The translations under genes were made by a program, and so were the position numbers. Below the pieces are notes generated by a model that was given only the letters and a program-made list of their open reading frames with translations, was not told the origin of the DNA and did no database searches. A stretch of DNA of 64,000 nt from Chloroflexota bacterium (GTDB lineage Bacteria; Chloroflexota; UBA11872; VXOZ01): the NCBI GenBank assembly GCA_964291655.2, contig OZ219802.1, positions 1,792,001 through 1,856,000 on the forward strand, given 5' to 3'. This document shows positions 7,984 through 17,404 of this stretch, one piece after another. The stretch's first letter is position 1; the number at the start of each line of letters is the position of its first letter.

Positions 7984-9165
7984 ATGAAGAGCGACTTTGT
8001 ATCTGCAATAGCGCAGATTGCCAGTGAAAAAGGCTTAGACCAAGAAGACGTCATCGGCGCGCTAGAGACTGCGATCCTTTCTGCATATCGGAAAGTTAGC
8101 GGCGACCCGGTGCCGAATGCCGTTGCGTACTTTGACGCGCAATCCGGCGAATCGAAGATTTATGTACCCAAGCTCGTCGTGGAAGACGTAGCGGACCCGG
8201 AAGCCGAGATCAGCCTCGCGGACGCGCAAACCATTGACTCTGAGGCGGAACTCGGCGACGAAATCGAGGTGGAGATTACGCCTCCGAACGTGGGCCGCAT
8301 TGCCGCGCAAGCAGCGCGGCAAGTACTGCTGCAGTCTTTGCGGGAGAAGGAACGAGACCACGTTTACGACGACTTCATCGACCGCGTGGGAGAAGTCGTG
8401 AGCGGACGGGTGCAGCGGGTTGACAGCCGTGGCGTGGTGCTGGACTTCGGCCGCGCGGAAGCGCTGATGTCATCCGCAGACATGGTACCTGGCGAGCGCG
8501 ATCGCTACCGCTTGGGCCAACGGCTACGCGCGTACATCGCGGAAGTGCGGAAAGACCTGAAGGGACCCGTGGTTCGCGTCTCACGCGCCCATAAGGACTT
8601 CATCCGACGCCTTATCGAACAGGAAGTCCCCGAAGTGCAGACGGGAACGGTGGAAATCAAGGAAGTTGCCCGGGATCCGGGCTCGCGCACCAAGGTCGCC
8701 GTGGCAGCGAAACAAGAGGGCCTGGACCCGGTGGGTTCCTGCGTCGGGATGCGAGGAACCCGCATTCAAAATGTGCTCCGGGAACTCGGCAATGAAAAAG
8801 TGGAGATTATCGAGTGGAGCGGGGATACTGCCACATTCATTAAGAATGCGCTTTCTCCGGCGGAGGTCCAACGGGTGGACCTCATCGAGGTTGACGAGCA
8901 GCAGGTAGCATCCGTGCTCGTTAACGCCGACATGGTCTCGTTGGCCATCGGCCGCGACGGCCAAAACACGCGACTCGCCAACCGCCTTACCGGATGGAAG
9001 ATTAACATTCGTTCACTGGAGGATGAGCAAGGCGCCGCTGATGCATCGCCCGAAATTTCGGCGGAAGCCTCAGCCGAGGCCGAAGCAGCGCCAGAGCAAG
9101 AAGCTCCAGATGAGCAGCCTGCGGCAGAGTCTTTGGCAGCAGAGGAGACCACAAACAGTGCCTAA
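7984..9165 (+). CDS. nusA: Transcription termination/antitermination factor NusA
   Basis: GRIAAQAARQ, S1 and KH domains (ARDPGSRTKVAV, DPVGSCVGMRG, LAIGRDGQN); true start MKSDF at 7984. Confidence 0.97.
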   Translation: MKSDFVSAIAQIASEKGLDQEDVIGALETAILSAYRKVSGDPVPNAVAYFDAQSGESKIYVPKLVVEDVADPEAEISLADAQTIDSEAELGDEIEVEITPPNVGRIAAQAARQVLLQSLREKERDHVYDDFIDRVGEVVSGRVQRVDSRGVVLDFGRAEALMSSADMVPGERDRYRLGQRLRAYIAEVRKDLKGPVVRVSRAHKDFIRRLIEQEVPEVQTGTVEIKEVARDPGSRTKVAVAAKQEGLDPVGSCVGMRGTRIQNVLRELGNEKVEIIEWSGDTATFIKNALSPAEVQRVDLIEVDEQQVASVLVNADMVSLAIGRDGQNTRLANRLTGWKINIRSLEDEQGAADASPEISAEASAEAEAAPEQEAPDEQPAAESLAAEETTNSA

Positions 9166-9283
9166 CCGGCGCTGCGGCAGAATATCGATTCCGACTCGCC
9201 CTGTGCTGCAACCACTGGCTGCTTTATAGCGGCGGGCCATCTGCCCGAATTCGCAAGGGAGAAGGGAGCCTCGGAGGGAGGGT

Positions 9284-9604
9284 GTGGTGAATTCAACGGC
9301 CACGCCACAGGAAAAGCACATACCGCAGCGCACGTGTCTGGGTTGCCGGGCGATAAAGCCAAAACAATCTTTGACCCGCATAGTGCGCACGGCAGAAGGG
9401 GGCGCGCTAGTCGATACCACGGGGAAGGCCCGTGGACGCGGCGCCTATTTGTGTCCCACTGCGGCTTGTGCAAAAAAGGCGCTCAGAGCGAATATCCTGA
9501 ATCGAGCGTTGAGAGTCACCATAGATAATGCGGCGCTTGCAGAATTGCGGGCTTCGGTCGAGCAGATATCCGAGACGGCCTGCACGTCCGCGCATGCGCC
9601 TTAA
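9284..9604 (+). CDS. ylxR: YlxR/RnpM family RNA-binding protein
   Basis: PQRTCLGCR, GRGAYLC motifs; position between nusA and infB. Confidence 0.92.
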   Translation: MVNSTATPQEKHIPQRTCLGCRAIKPKQSLTRIVRTAEGGALVDTTGKARGRGAYLCPTAACAKKALRANILNRALRVTIDNAALAELRASVEQISETACTSAHAP

Positions 9605-9666
9605 TCCGGTCTTCCTCCCCAGGCCCACCGCAGCGGGAGAGTACTCCCCCAAGAGGAGGGGCAACT

Positions 9667-11562
9667 ATGAGAATGGGTTCTAGGTATGGCGGCGCGCGTC
9701 CACGTCGGCGTTCCTCCAGGCGTGGATCGTCGGACCAAAGAGATCGTAACGCAGTTGCGGCGCAAGGGGCTGTTGCCAGCCAGACGGCTCCGCCGCGGAA
9801 GATCAAGCTTCCACAAGACATTACCGTCGCCCAACTTGCGGAGCGCCTTGAAGTAAGCCCTACAGCCATTATCAAAGAGCTATTTACACGCGGTACCGCA
9901 GTTACCATTAACCAAACACTCGATTACGCCACCGCTTCGCTCGTGGTCGAGGCGCTGGGCCATAGCGTAGTGAAAGAGGAAGCCAAACCTGCGGCAACGA
10001 AACCAAAGGAAGACGTCGTTTTCGAAGTTGCCAAGCAGACGGGCACCACCACACGGCGACGGCGGCGCTTTGAAAAACGATCTCCGGTAATTACCGTGAT
10101 GGGACACGTCGACCACGGCAAGACCTCACTGCTGGACGCGCTGCGCGAGACCAATGTGGCTGAAGGCGAATACGGCGGCATTACCCAGCGTATCGGCGCC
10201 TATCAGGTGACAAACAACGGCGACACCATCACCTTCATCGACACGCCCGGCCACGAGGCGTTCACCGCTATGCGCGCTCGCGGCGCCAAGGTCACAGACC
10301 TGGCGGTCATTGTCGTTGCTGCCGACGACGGTGTGATGCCGCAAACCGTTGAAGCCATCAATCACGCGCGGGCGGCAAAGGTCCCGCTGCTCATTGCACT
10401 GAATAAAATCGACCTACCGAACGCCAATCCGGATCGTGTGAAGCAGCAGCTTACGGAACACGAAATCCTCATCGAGGAATATGGCGGCGAAACGGTGCTT
10501 GTAGAGGTCTCCGCCCAGACCAAGGAGGGCCTGGATGACCTCCTGGAGATGATCGCGCTGCTTTCCGATATCGAAGGCGTGCGCGCAGACCCCCGCATTC
10601 CGGCACGAGGCGTCGTGATCGAAAGCCATATGGACAAGAGTCGCGGCCCTGTTGCAACCGTGCTTGTGCAGGAGGGAACCCTCCACGTGGGCGAGACGGT
10701 GGTCTGTGGCAAGACGTCCGGCCGCGTGCGCGCGCTCTTCAATGACAAGGGCGCTCCCCTGGCCGAGGCGGGCCCCTCTGTGCCCGCGGAGATACTCGGT
10801 CTTGGCGCGCTGCCTGCTCCCGGTGAGACACTCATCGTCGTGGTCGACGAAAAGGCTGCGAAGGTTCTGCTCCAAGAACTCGCTGAGCGCGAACGTGATG
10901 AGACAGAGCGGATGTCTCTGGATACACTCAGCGCTACTGCCGGGGAGGGCGTGGAAGAGCTGGACATAATTGTCAAGGCTGATATTCGCGGCTCGGTAGA
11001 GGCGATTCAGCAAGCATTAGAGCACCTCTCCACTGAAGAGACCCGGGTACGCGTCATCTATAGCGGCGTCGGCCCCGTGAGCGAATCGGACGTGCAACTG
11101 GCTATTGCGGGAAACGCGTTGATCACCGCGTTCAACGTGCGCCCCGATACCGCCGCTCGTTCCCTGGCGGAAGCAGAGAAAGTGGAGATTCGCACGTACA
11201 ACGTCATCTATACCCTCATCGAGGAGATGGAAAAGGCCCTGCTGGGCTTGCTGGAGCCTGAATTCGTCGAGGTGATGGATGGGCAGGCGGAGGTGCGGGC
11301 GGTGTTCAACCAGGTGCGCGGTCAGAGCGTGCTCGGCGCCATCGTACGCGAAGGCACAATGCGGCGCGGCGCCCAGGTCCGCGTACTACGCAACAAGCGG
11401 CAACTGCTCAAGACGACCGTTACGAGCTTGCGCCGCTTCAAGGATGCCGTGCGCGAGGTGACTAGCGGCTATGAGTGCGGTATCGGCATTGGCGAAGTCT
11501 ATGAGGCCCGCGAAGGCGATACCCTGGAGACGTTTCATATCGAAGAAAAAGCACGCTTCTAG
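9667..11562 (+). CDS. infB: Translation initiation factor IF-2
   Basis: [30 protein letters not shown]. Confidence 0.98.
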   Translation: MRMGSRYGGARPRRRSSRRGSSDQRDRNAVAAQGAVASQTAPPRKIKLPQDITVAQLAERLEVSPTAIIKELFTRGTAVTINQTLDYATASLVVEALGHSVVKEEAKPAATKPKEDVVFEVAKQTGTTTRRRRRFEKRSPVITVMGHVDHGKTSLLDALRETNVAEGEYGGITQRIGAYQVTNNGDTITFIDTPGHEAFTAMRARGAKVTDLAVIVVAADDGVMPQTVEAINHARAAKVPLLIALNKIDLPNANPDRVKQQLTEHEILIEEYGGETVLVEVSAQTKEGLDDLLEMIALLSDIEGVRADPRIPARGVVIESHMDKSRGPVATVLVQEGTLHVGETVVCGKTSGRVRALFNDKGAPLAEAGPSVPAEILGLGALPAPGETLIVVVDEKAAKVLLQELAERERDETERMSLDTLSATAGEGVEELDIIVKADIRGSVEAIQQALEHLSTEETRVRVIYSGVGPVSESDVQLAIAGNALITAFNVRPDTAARSLAEAEKVEIRTYNVIYTLIEEMEKALLGLLEPEFVEVMDGQAEVRAVFNQVRGQSVLGAIVREGTMRRGAQVRVLRNKRQLLKTTVTSLRRFKDAVREVTSGYECGIGIGEVYEAREGDTLETFHIEEKARF

Positions 11563-11807
11563 CGCAACCAGAAGCATGCTTGCGCCGCCTGCAGGTGGTG
11601 CAAGCTCAGAGCTGCGGGTCTTCGGGCCCGCAGTTTTACATTACTTGGAGGTACACGACCTGAAGACACGCGACGCCGGCCGTACGATCTCTGCCGCTGC
11701 GGTACCACGAGCGGCAGCAAACTTCAGCCGGGCGGTTGCGTTCAGAATGCAGAGTATCTCTTTAGAGAGGTGAGCTCTGCATCGCAGCGGTACAAGGCGC
11801 ACGCAAG

Positions 11808-11933
11808 ACTCCCTTCCCTGGAGGCTTGTGCGTATCTTCGACCGGAGGTGCAATAGATACACCTTCCCCCTTGGGGGAGACCATTGGGTAACAAGAATCT
11901 GAGCGATATGTGTTTCTCCCTCTCCCCGGGGAG
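11808..11933. repeat. Left stack of degenerate GAGACC-type ends, each preceded by a hairpin half-site
   Basis: CCCTTCCCTG-GAGGCTTGTGCGTATC (11821), CCTTCCCCCTTGGGG-GAGACCATTGGGTAAC (11877), then CCCTCTCCCCGGGGAG. Confidence 0.55.
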
Positions 11934-12221
11934 TGTATAGACCGGGGACATGGGTAACAGTTGTTCGGGCTCATAGGTAACACCATAGAACGAGGGGGTT
12001 TTCGTAGTATGCGATGTCCTTGCCTTGAAAGTTAGATCCACTCAATATCCTTATGCACACTGTTTGTTTCTCTGGCACAAGCTGACAGGCGGAAAGTGAG
12101 TGCACTGTGTCGCCAGTCTCTTATCAAACCCGGACCAACCCAATGCTCTCGTAGGTGTCAATCAGTAAAATGTGTTACCCATGTCCCCGAACAACTGTTA
12201 CCTATGTCCCCGGTCTGTACA
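11934..12221 (+). mobile_element. 288-bp non-autonomous IS481 derivative (MITE), copy B
   Basis: TGTATAGACCGGGG...CCCCGGTCTGTACA; 5-bp duplication GGGAG (11929-33 / 12222-26); near-identical interior to 32683-32970. Confidence 0.9.
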
Positions 12222-12350
12222 GGGAGAGGGTTGGGGTGAGGGGTTCTTGCCAATCCGGTTTCCTTATCCCGTGGAACTTATGCGTACCAGAGCAGTACTG
12301 ATGATGAATGAGACTAATTGCGGAGTTTCCCCTCACCCTAGCCCTCTCCC

Positions 12351-13615
12351 TGTACAGACCGGGGACATAGGTAACAGATGTTCGGGTAGATAGGTTACAC
12401 ATTTTGTGCTCTGAGGTCTATGGTTTTTACTCTTTGGATCGAGAAGTACACGTCCCAGACACCGTCCGTTCGGGTGGGTCGCAGGGCGACTTGCTTGTGC
12501 GTGAAGGCCCTGCCCACACGGAGCCGTCTGCCTTGGAAGGAGATGCGGCCGGAGACATCGACGCTGCGTACGCGGTCGTCGGGAGCGTAGGCGAGGGCAG
12601 GCAAGGTCTCTGGGAAAGGGCGAGGACTAGGCGTGTATCTGGTAATGGGAGTGTCGAGATCGAGGGCATGGTGTGGGCGTTCCAAGTTGTAGAAGTGGCG
12701 CCAGGTGTCAAAGGCGCGCTGGCAATGGTCCAGGTCGGTAAAGGTGGTCCCTGCCAGCAGTTCGCTCTTGAGGGAGCGGTGGAAGCGTTCCAGCTTGCCG
12801 AGTGTCTGGGGATGGTAGGGTCGGCTGTGCAGGACGTTGATGCCCAGCTGCATGAGCCAGACGGTGAGGGGCGTGAAGGGCTGGGCACTGTCGTTACCCC
12901 AGGGAGAGCCGTTGTCCATGAGCATGGCCTGGGGCAAGCCGTAGCGGCGAAAGACAGCGGTGAGGCGGTCTTGGACCGTCTCTCCCCGCTCGTTGGCACA
13001 GGCCTGTAACCCGAGGTTGAAGCGGGAGTGATCGTCTAGGAGGGTGAGAGGATGACAGCGGTTCTGCTGCATGACGAAATGTCCCTTGAAGTCCATCTGC
13101 CACAGCTCGTTGGGCTGGGGTCGTTCGAAGCGCACATGGGGCGTGTGCTTGGCGCTCTGGGCTGGATCGATGAGCCCATGGCGTTTGAGAATGGCATTGA
13201 TGGTGCTCTTGGCCGGCACGTCGGTGACCCCCTGGTCCTGCAGCATCCGGCGCAGCACGTGTGCGCCTTTCTTCGGATGCGCCAGGCGCAAGGCGATGAT
13301 GCGCTCCTCCAGCGCCGGGCGCGTGCGGTGCGGACACGTGTGCGGCCGCCGCGACCGGTCGTGCAAACCGTCTTCGCCAGCTTTCGCATACCGCTCCAGC
13401 GTCTTGTACGCCGTCTTGCGACTGATCTCCAGACGGCGACACAGCTCGCTGATGTTGGCCCCTTCCATCAGTGCCAGTGCAATGAACTCCTTGCGTTCAG
13501 ACACAACCGTACTCTCCTTCCAAGGCATGGCGCTCCTCCATCTGTAAGAATCTCCATGCCTTAAGGTGTAACCTATGTGCCCGAACATGTGTAACCCATG
13601 TACCCGGTCTATACA
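12351..13615 (-). mobile_element. IS481-family insertion sequence, copy C (1265 bp)
   Basis: TGTACAGACC...GGTCTATACA ends; CTCCC duplicated at 12346-50 and 13616-20, inside hairpin CCCTCTCCC-CA-GGGAGAGGG. Confidence 0.95.
12395..13528 (-). CDS. IS481-family DDE transposase
   Basis: MPWKE start after GGAGGAG; identical to copy A from TDVPAKST to the C-terminus. Confidence 0.95.
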   Translation of the reverse strand: MPWKESTVVSERKEFIALALMEGANISELCRRLEISRKTAYKTLERYAKAGEDGLHDRSRRPHTCPHRTRPALEERIIALRLAHPKKGAHVLRRMLQDQGVTDVPAKSTINAILKRHGLIDPAQSAKHTPHVRFERPQPNELWQMDFKGHFVMQQNRCHPLTLLDDHSRFNLGLQACANERGETVQDRLTAVFRRYGLPQAMLMDNGSPWGNDSAQPFTPLTVWLMQLGINVLHSRPYHPQTLGKLERFHRSLKSELLAGTTFTDLDHCQRAFDTWRHFYNLERPHHALDLDTPITRYTPSPRPFPETLPALAYAPDDRVRSVDVSGRISFQGRRLRVGRAFTHKQVALRPTRTDGVWDVYFSIQRVKTIDLRAQNV

Positions 13616-13620
13616 CTCCC

Positions 13621-13786
13621 CAGGGAGAGGGGACTTTCCCGCCCCGGCAAGGGTTATGCAAAGGTCTCCACTGGGAGAAGGAGTAGCTCGTGCGCCTCCG
13701 GCCGGGTTCACGCAAAGGTCTCCAGTCGGAGAGGGGACATACTCGCTGCGGCTGGGTTTTCGCGAGAGTTTCCTCTGGGAGAGGGG
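13621..13786. repeat. Right stack of three GGTCTC-type ends, each followed by 5 nt + GGAGAGGG and a unique 17-22 nt segment
   Basis: Units start at 13651, 13704 and 13754; similarity to consensus falls outward. Confidence 0.75.
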
Positions 13787-13837
13787 ACCATCTCAGATTG
13801 AGCAGGGCAATGGAAGAGTCTCGGAAGGAACCAGCAA

Positions 13838-14263
13838 ATGGACTTGCGAAAACTGGAGCGGTCTACTGCGCTATTGCGTGAGGAACTGACCGATATCCTG
13901 CGCTCGGAAGTGCGGGACCCCCGTCTCAACGTGGTTTCGATCTCGGCGGTGCGCCTCTCCCGCGATCGACGCTACGCCCGCGTGTACGTGAACCTCGCGG
14001 AATTGGAGCAGGAAGAGGAGCAGGCGATTCTTGCCGCGCTGCGCCGCGCTGCCGGTTTCGTGCGCCGCTGCCTGGCGCAACGGCTGACGTGGTATAAAGC
14101 GCCGGAGGTTTCGTTTCACCTCGACGAGGGCATGAAGCAAGGCGACCGCGTACTCGAGCTCTTTCGCGACCTGGAGACTGAGGAGCGCCCGGAGCCGGAC
14201 GCCGCGGAACCTGCGGCCCAGGAGACCGGCGCCGGAGACGCTGAAGATACTCCTCAGCGATAA
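13838..14263 (+). CDS. rbfA: 30S ribosome-binding factor RbfA
   Basis: EVRDPRL, LSRDRRYARVY, APEVSFHLD; operon position. Confidence 0.93.
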   Translation: MDLRKLERSTALLREELTDILRSEVRDPRLNVVSISAVRLSRDRRYARVYVNLAELEQEEEQAILAALRRAAGFVRRCLAQRLTWYKAPEVSFHLDEGMKQGDRVLELFRDLETEERPEPDAAEPAAQETGAGDAEDTPQR

Positions 14264-14371
14264 TGGACTCAAGCACGACAACGCCGCCTGCTATGGGGGA
14301 CTCTTCCCCCGCACAGGCCGGCAGGCGAGGAGACATCCACTCTTTGGGGAGACCCTCGTATCGGGGCACAA

Positions 14372-14557
14372 GTCTTGCTCTTCGCTAAGCCATGAGCAAG
14401 CCTTGCATAATGTTGGCCAAGTTTGCAGGTATTGCTCCCTCTCCCTGGGGAGAGATATAAGGGTCGGACCGGGGGCGCTGGTCTTGCTCTTCGCCATACC
14501 CAGAGCAAGCCTTGCTTAACACCGGTCAATTGTGCAGGAATTGCTCCCTCTCCTTGG
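14372..14557. repeat. Two ~78-bp direct repeats (period 109), each ending in a CCCTCTCC hairpin
   Basis: GTCTTGCTCTTCGC..GAGCAAGCCTTGC.TAA..GCAGG.ATTGCTCCCTCTCC at 14372 and 14481. Confidence 0.75.
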
Positions 14558-16115
14558 GAGGCTGTCTCAATATTTTGGTGCGGGGCACGGTGAATGGGGT
14601 GAGAAGGACAGACAGATGGCGGGTGGTATGAACAAGACGGTGCCAGTGAGAGACTCGTCCCCGGGGCGACGCTGGACTACACCCAGACCGCCACAGGGCG
14701 TGGAGGCTCTTGAGATTGAACGCGGTGGCCAGCAGGTGCCATTCGGACGTCACGTGGCTGCGGCCTCTGAGCAGGAAGCGCCTGGCACTGTGCCACTCCT
14801 TGAGCAGGCCAAAGACCGGCTCGACGATGGTACTCCGGCGGCGGTACACCTGCTTGGCAGGCGCGGTGGCCATCAACTGCCTGTGCCGTTGCAGTATTGG
14901 CTCGTAGGCGCTGATCTTTATGGAGCGGCCCCTCTGGGAGGAGGTGCAGACGCCGAAGGCCGGACAGGTTCTGCAGTCCCGGCCGTTGGCTTGGTACCGC
15001 TTGACCCGGTAGCCGTTGCTGTGGGTCAAGCGGTGCGTGTAGGTGAGCACCTTTTGCTGGGGACACAGGTAGGTGTCGGTCTCTGGACGGTAGGTGAAGT
15101 GGTCTTTATGGTAGGGGTTGCGGCGTCTGCGCTCGTGGGTCGTGGGCATCAATACCGTGTGGCCGCCGGCGTGGCACGTGGCGAGGTTGGCCCCCGAATG
15201 GTAGCCGGCGTCCGCAACGGTCACCACGTCCCGCGCGGCGTCGATGTTCTCCTGCGCCGCCTCGATCAGCGGCGCCAGGTGGGGATGGTCGTCGGCACTG
15301 GCGCTCACGTCCACGGCTGTGATCAACCTCCCCCCTGCGCCCTCGTCCGGGGACGCAAGAGGGGAGACCAGCGCCTGGGCGTTGTAGCCGGTGATGAAGC
15401 CACCCATGCCAGTCTTGAGCAGGGCCGCGTCCGCATCAGTCAGGTTCGTGTAGCGCGGCCCGTCCTCAGCCGCGACGCGGGCGAGCGCGTCGTCCACCCG
15501 CCGCCGCAGGGCCTGGGCATCGGCAAGTTCCTGCGGCAAAGTCGCTGGCGGCGCGTCGCCCCCCGTGGCGTTCTGCGCCTCCAGGTCCGCGATCGCTTGC
15601 TCGGTGCGGGACAACAGCCGCTGCAGCCCCTGCGCGTCGTGGGTATGCCGCGTCCCGGCGTTGGCCGCGATCCTGGTGCCGTCCACCGCCTGGATTGCCA
15701 ACTCCACCAGGCCGGCTCGCACCGCCGTGCGCACCGTGCGCTTGAGCAGCGTCCGCATCCGGTCGCGGTGCGCCTTGTAGAAGCGCCACAGCGTGTTGTG
15801 GTCCGGCTGCTGCATCCCCACCAGCCACAGGTACGGTACCTGATCCCGGCAGGCTGCCTCCAGCTTGCGGCTCGAGCGCACGCCGGTCATGAAGCCGTAG
15901 ACCCATACGCCCAGCAGCGCGCGCGGATGGTAGGCCCCGGCGCCACGCGGATCGCCTTGCAGGTCAATCTCCATCGCCTCCCAGGCCGCAGCATCGAGGC
16001 TGTCCACGAACGCTGCCGCAAACCTGACAGGATGGTCGTCCGGGATCAGTTCGTCCAGCGTCGGCGGCAACAGCCAGGCCTGTTCACGACTAAACGGTCT
16101 CAACGGCATCGTCAC
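14526..16115 (-). CDS. IS1182-family transposase (stop codon lies outside the TIR)
   Basis: LLPPTLDELIP.DHP, SSRKLE, PDHNTL.RF, AVDGT, ADAGY, CP..C..CP..C, YRRR..IVEPVFG.LK. Confidence 0.93.
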   Translation of the reverse strand: MTMPLRPFSREQAWLLPPTLDELIPDDHPVRFAAAFVDSLDAAAWEAMEIDLQGDPRGAGAYHPRALLGVWVYGFMTGVRSSRKLEAACRDQVPYLWLVGMQQPDHNTLWRFYKAHRDRMRTLLKRTVRTAVRAGLVELAIQAVDGTRIAANAGTRHTHDAQGLQRLLSRTEQAIADLEAQNATGGDAPPATLPQELADAQALRRRVDDALARVAAEDGPRYTNLTDADAALLKTGMGGFITGYNAQALVSPLASPDEGAGGRLITAVDVSASADDHPHLAPLIEAAQENIDAARDVVTVADAGYHSGANLATCHAGGHTVLMPTTHERRRRNPYHKDHFTYRPETDTYLCPQQKVLTYTHRLTHSNGYRVKRYQANGRDCRTCPAFGVCTSSQRGRSIKISAYEPILQRHRQLMATAPAKQVYRRRSTIVEPVFGLLKEWHSARRFLLRGRSHVTSEWHLLATAFNLKSLHALWRSGCSPASPRGRVSHWHRLVHTTRHLSVLLTPFTVPRTKILRQPPKEREQFLHN

Positions 16116-16201
16116 TACCTCTCTACAAACTATCCCACCACCTCACCTTGCTTCTCTTCACACCAGTATATATCCAGTAGATCTATTTTTGAGACACCCT
16201 C
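14558..16201 (-). mobile_element. IS1182-family insertion sequence (1644 bp)
   Basis: TIRs GAGGCTGTCTCAA / TTGAGACACCCTC; TTGG duplicated at 14554-57 and 16202-05, i.e. the loop of CCCTCTCC-TTGG-GGAGAGGG. Confidence 0.92.
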
Positions 16202-16339
16202 TTGGGGAGAGGGTCGGGGTGAGGGGAAGTCTTCACCAATCTAGCCCACGTCTGCATTCGCGACGAAGCCTGCGTCTGCGACGAAGTCGAGGTCTGCGGC
16301 GATGTCGGCGTGCTTGTCAGAATCTCCTAGAGATTTCCA

Positions 16340-17362
16340 ATGGTTGACCCAGAAAGTCTCAACACGGCCAATACAACTGATGAATGGGCACGGGCGTGTG
16401 CGCTGGTGCTGGAAGCGCAGCGCATTGTCCTCACGACGCACGCCGGTCCCGATGGTGACGGCATTGGCTGCCTGGTCGGCCTCTCCATCTCGTTGCGCAC
16501 GATGGGCAAGACAGTGGCGATGGTGAGCGCGGATCCGGTGCCGCAAGACCTCGCGTTCTTACCGCACGCAGACCGGATTCAGGTCGTTCACAATCTCGAA
16601 ACGCTCCCCTTTGCGCCCGATCTCATCATCGTTTGCGATTCTGCCAGCCTGGCGCGTCTTGGCGCAGTGTACACCGAAAGCCTATCCTGCTTTGCAAGGC
16701 TACCAATTCTCAATCTCGACCATCACCAAACAAATACGCGGTTCGGCCGAGTCAACCTCGTGGATACTACCGCAGCCGCAACGGTAGAGATTGCGCACGA
16801 ATTACTGGAGCGACTGCACGTGGAACCCACGCAGGAAGCCGCCACGGCGCTGATGACGGGCCTCGTTACCGACACGTTGGGGTTCCGTACCGACAGCGTT
16901 ACGCCGCGGACGCTTGGCTTGGCGGCACACCTGCTGGAACACGGCGCGCCGCTGGAAGAGATCAATCATCGTGTCTTCCACACCACGCGCTATGAGAAAC
17001 TGAAACTCTGGGGGTACGGCCTTTCCAACCTGCAGCGCACTGAAGACGGGCGTATCGTCTGGGTGCAACTCCCGCGTGAAGTGCGCATGGAATTGGGAGC
17101 CAAGGAGACCGACTTGATGGGTCTGGCCTCCCTCGTCGAGGGTATCGAGGGCGCGGATATTGCCATCGTCGCTTGGGACAAGAGGAAGGACCCACTACGT
17201 ACGGGTATTTCCCTGCGGTCGCGCACCGTGAACGTTGCCGCTATTGCGCAGACGCTGGGCGGCGGCGGTCATGCCGGCGCTGCCGGTGCGTTGCTTTCCG
17301 AACCGCTGGCAACGGGACTAAGCAAAGCGGTAGCGGCGGCTAAGGCGCACCTCGACTCATAG
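16340..17362 (+). CDS. nrnA: DHH/DHHA1 family oligoribonuclease / pAp phosphatase
   Basis: H..PDGDGIG, DHH, TDT.GF, GGGGH.GAAG. Confidence 0.88.
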   Translation: MVDPESLNTANTTDEWARACALVLEAQRIVLTTHAGPDGDGIGCLVGLSISLRTMGKTVAMVSADPVPQDLAFLPHADRIQVVHNLETLPFAPDLIIVCDSASLARLGAVYTESLSCFARLPILNLDHHQTNTRFGRVNLVDTTAAATVEIAHELLERLHVEPTQEAATALMTGLVTDTLGFRTDSVTPRTLGLAAHLLEHGAPLEEINHRVFHTTRYEKLKLWGYGLSNLQRTEDGRIVWVQLPREVRMELGAKETDLMGLASLVEGIEGADIAIVAWDKRKDPLRTGISLRSRTVNVAAIAQTLGGGGHAGAAGALLSEPLATGLSKAVAAAKAHLDS

Positions 17363-17404
17363 GTTCAACGTATTCGCTGACCTGCTTGGGACAAACTCTG
17401 CATC

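Noticed and set aside
1963-13615. Composite transposon bounded by the two inverted IS481 copies
   Set aside because: The outer flanks share no duplication, copy C has its own intact duplication, and the cargo would be essential nusA-infB. An inversion between the copies remains possible.
13621-13786. CRISPR array
   Set aside because: Only three degenerate units with 17-22 nt segments, no cas genes, and the repeat is an element end plus a hairpin arm found elsewhere in the window.
14532-16244. 570-aa plus-strand ORF and other long antisense ORFs (e.g. 674-1762, 28468-29622, 61939-63450)
   Set aside because: These are shadow frames of GC-rich genes on the opposite strand and have no motifs.
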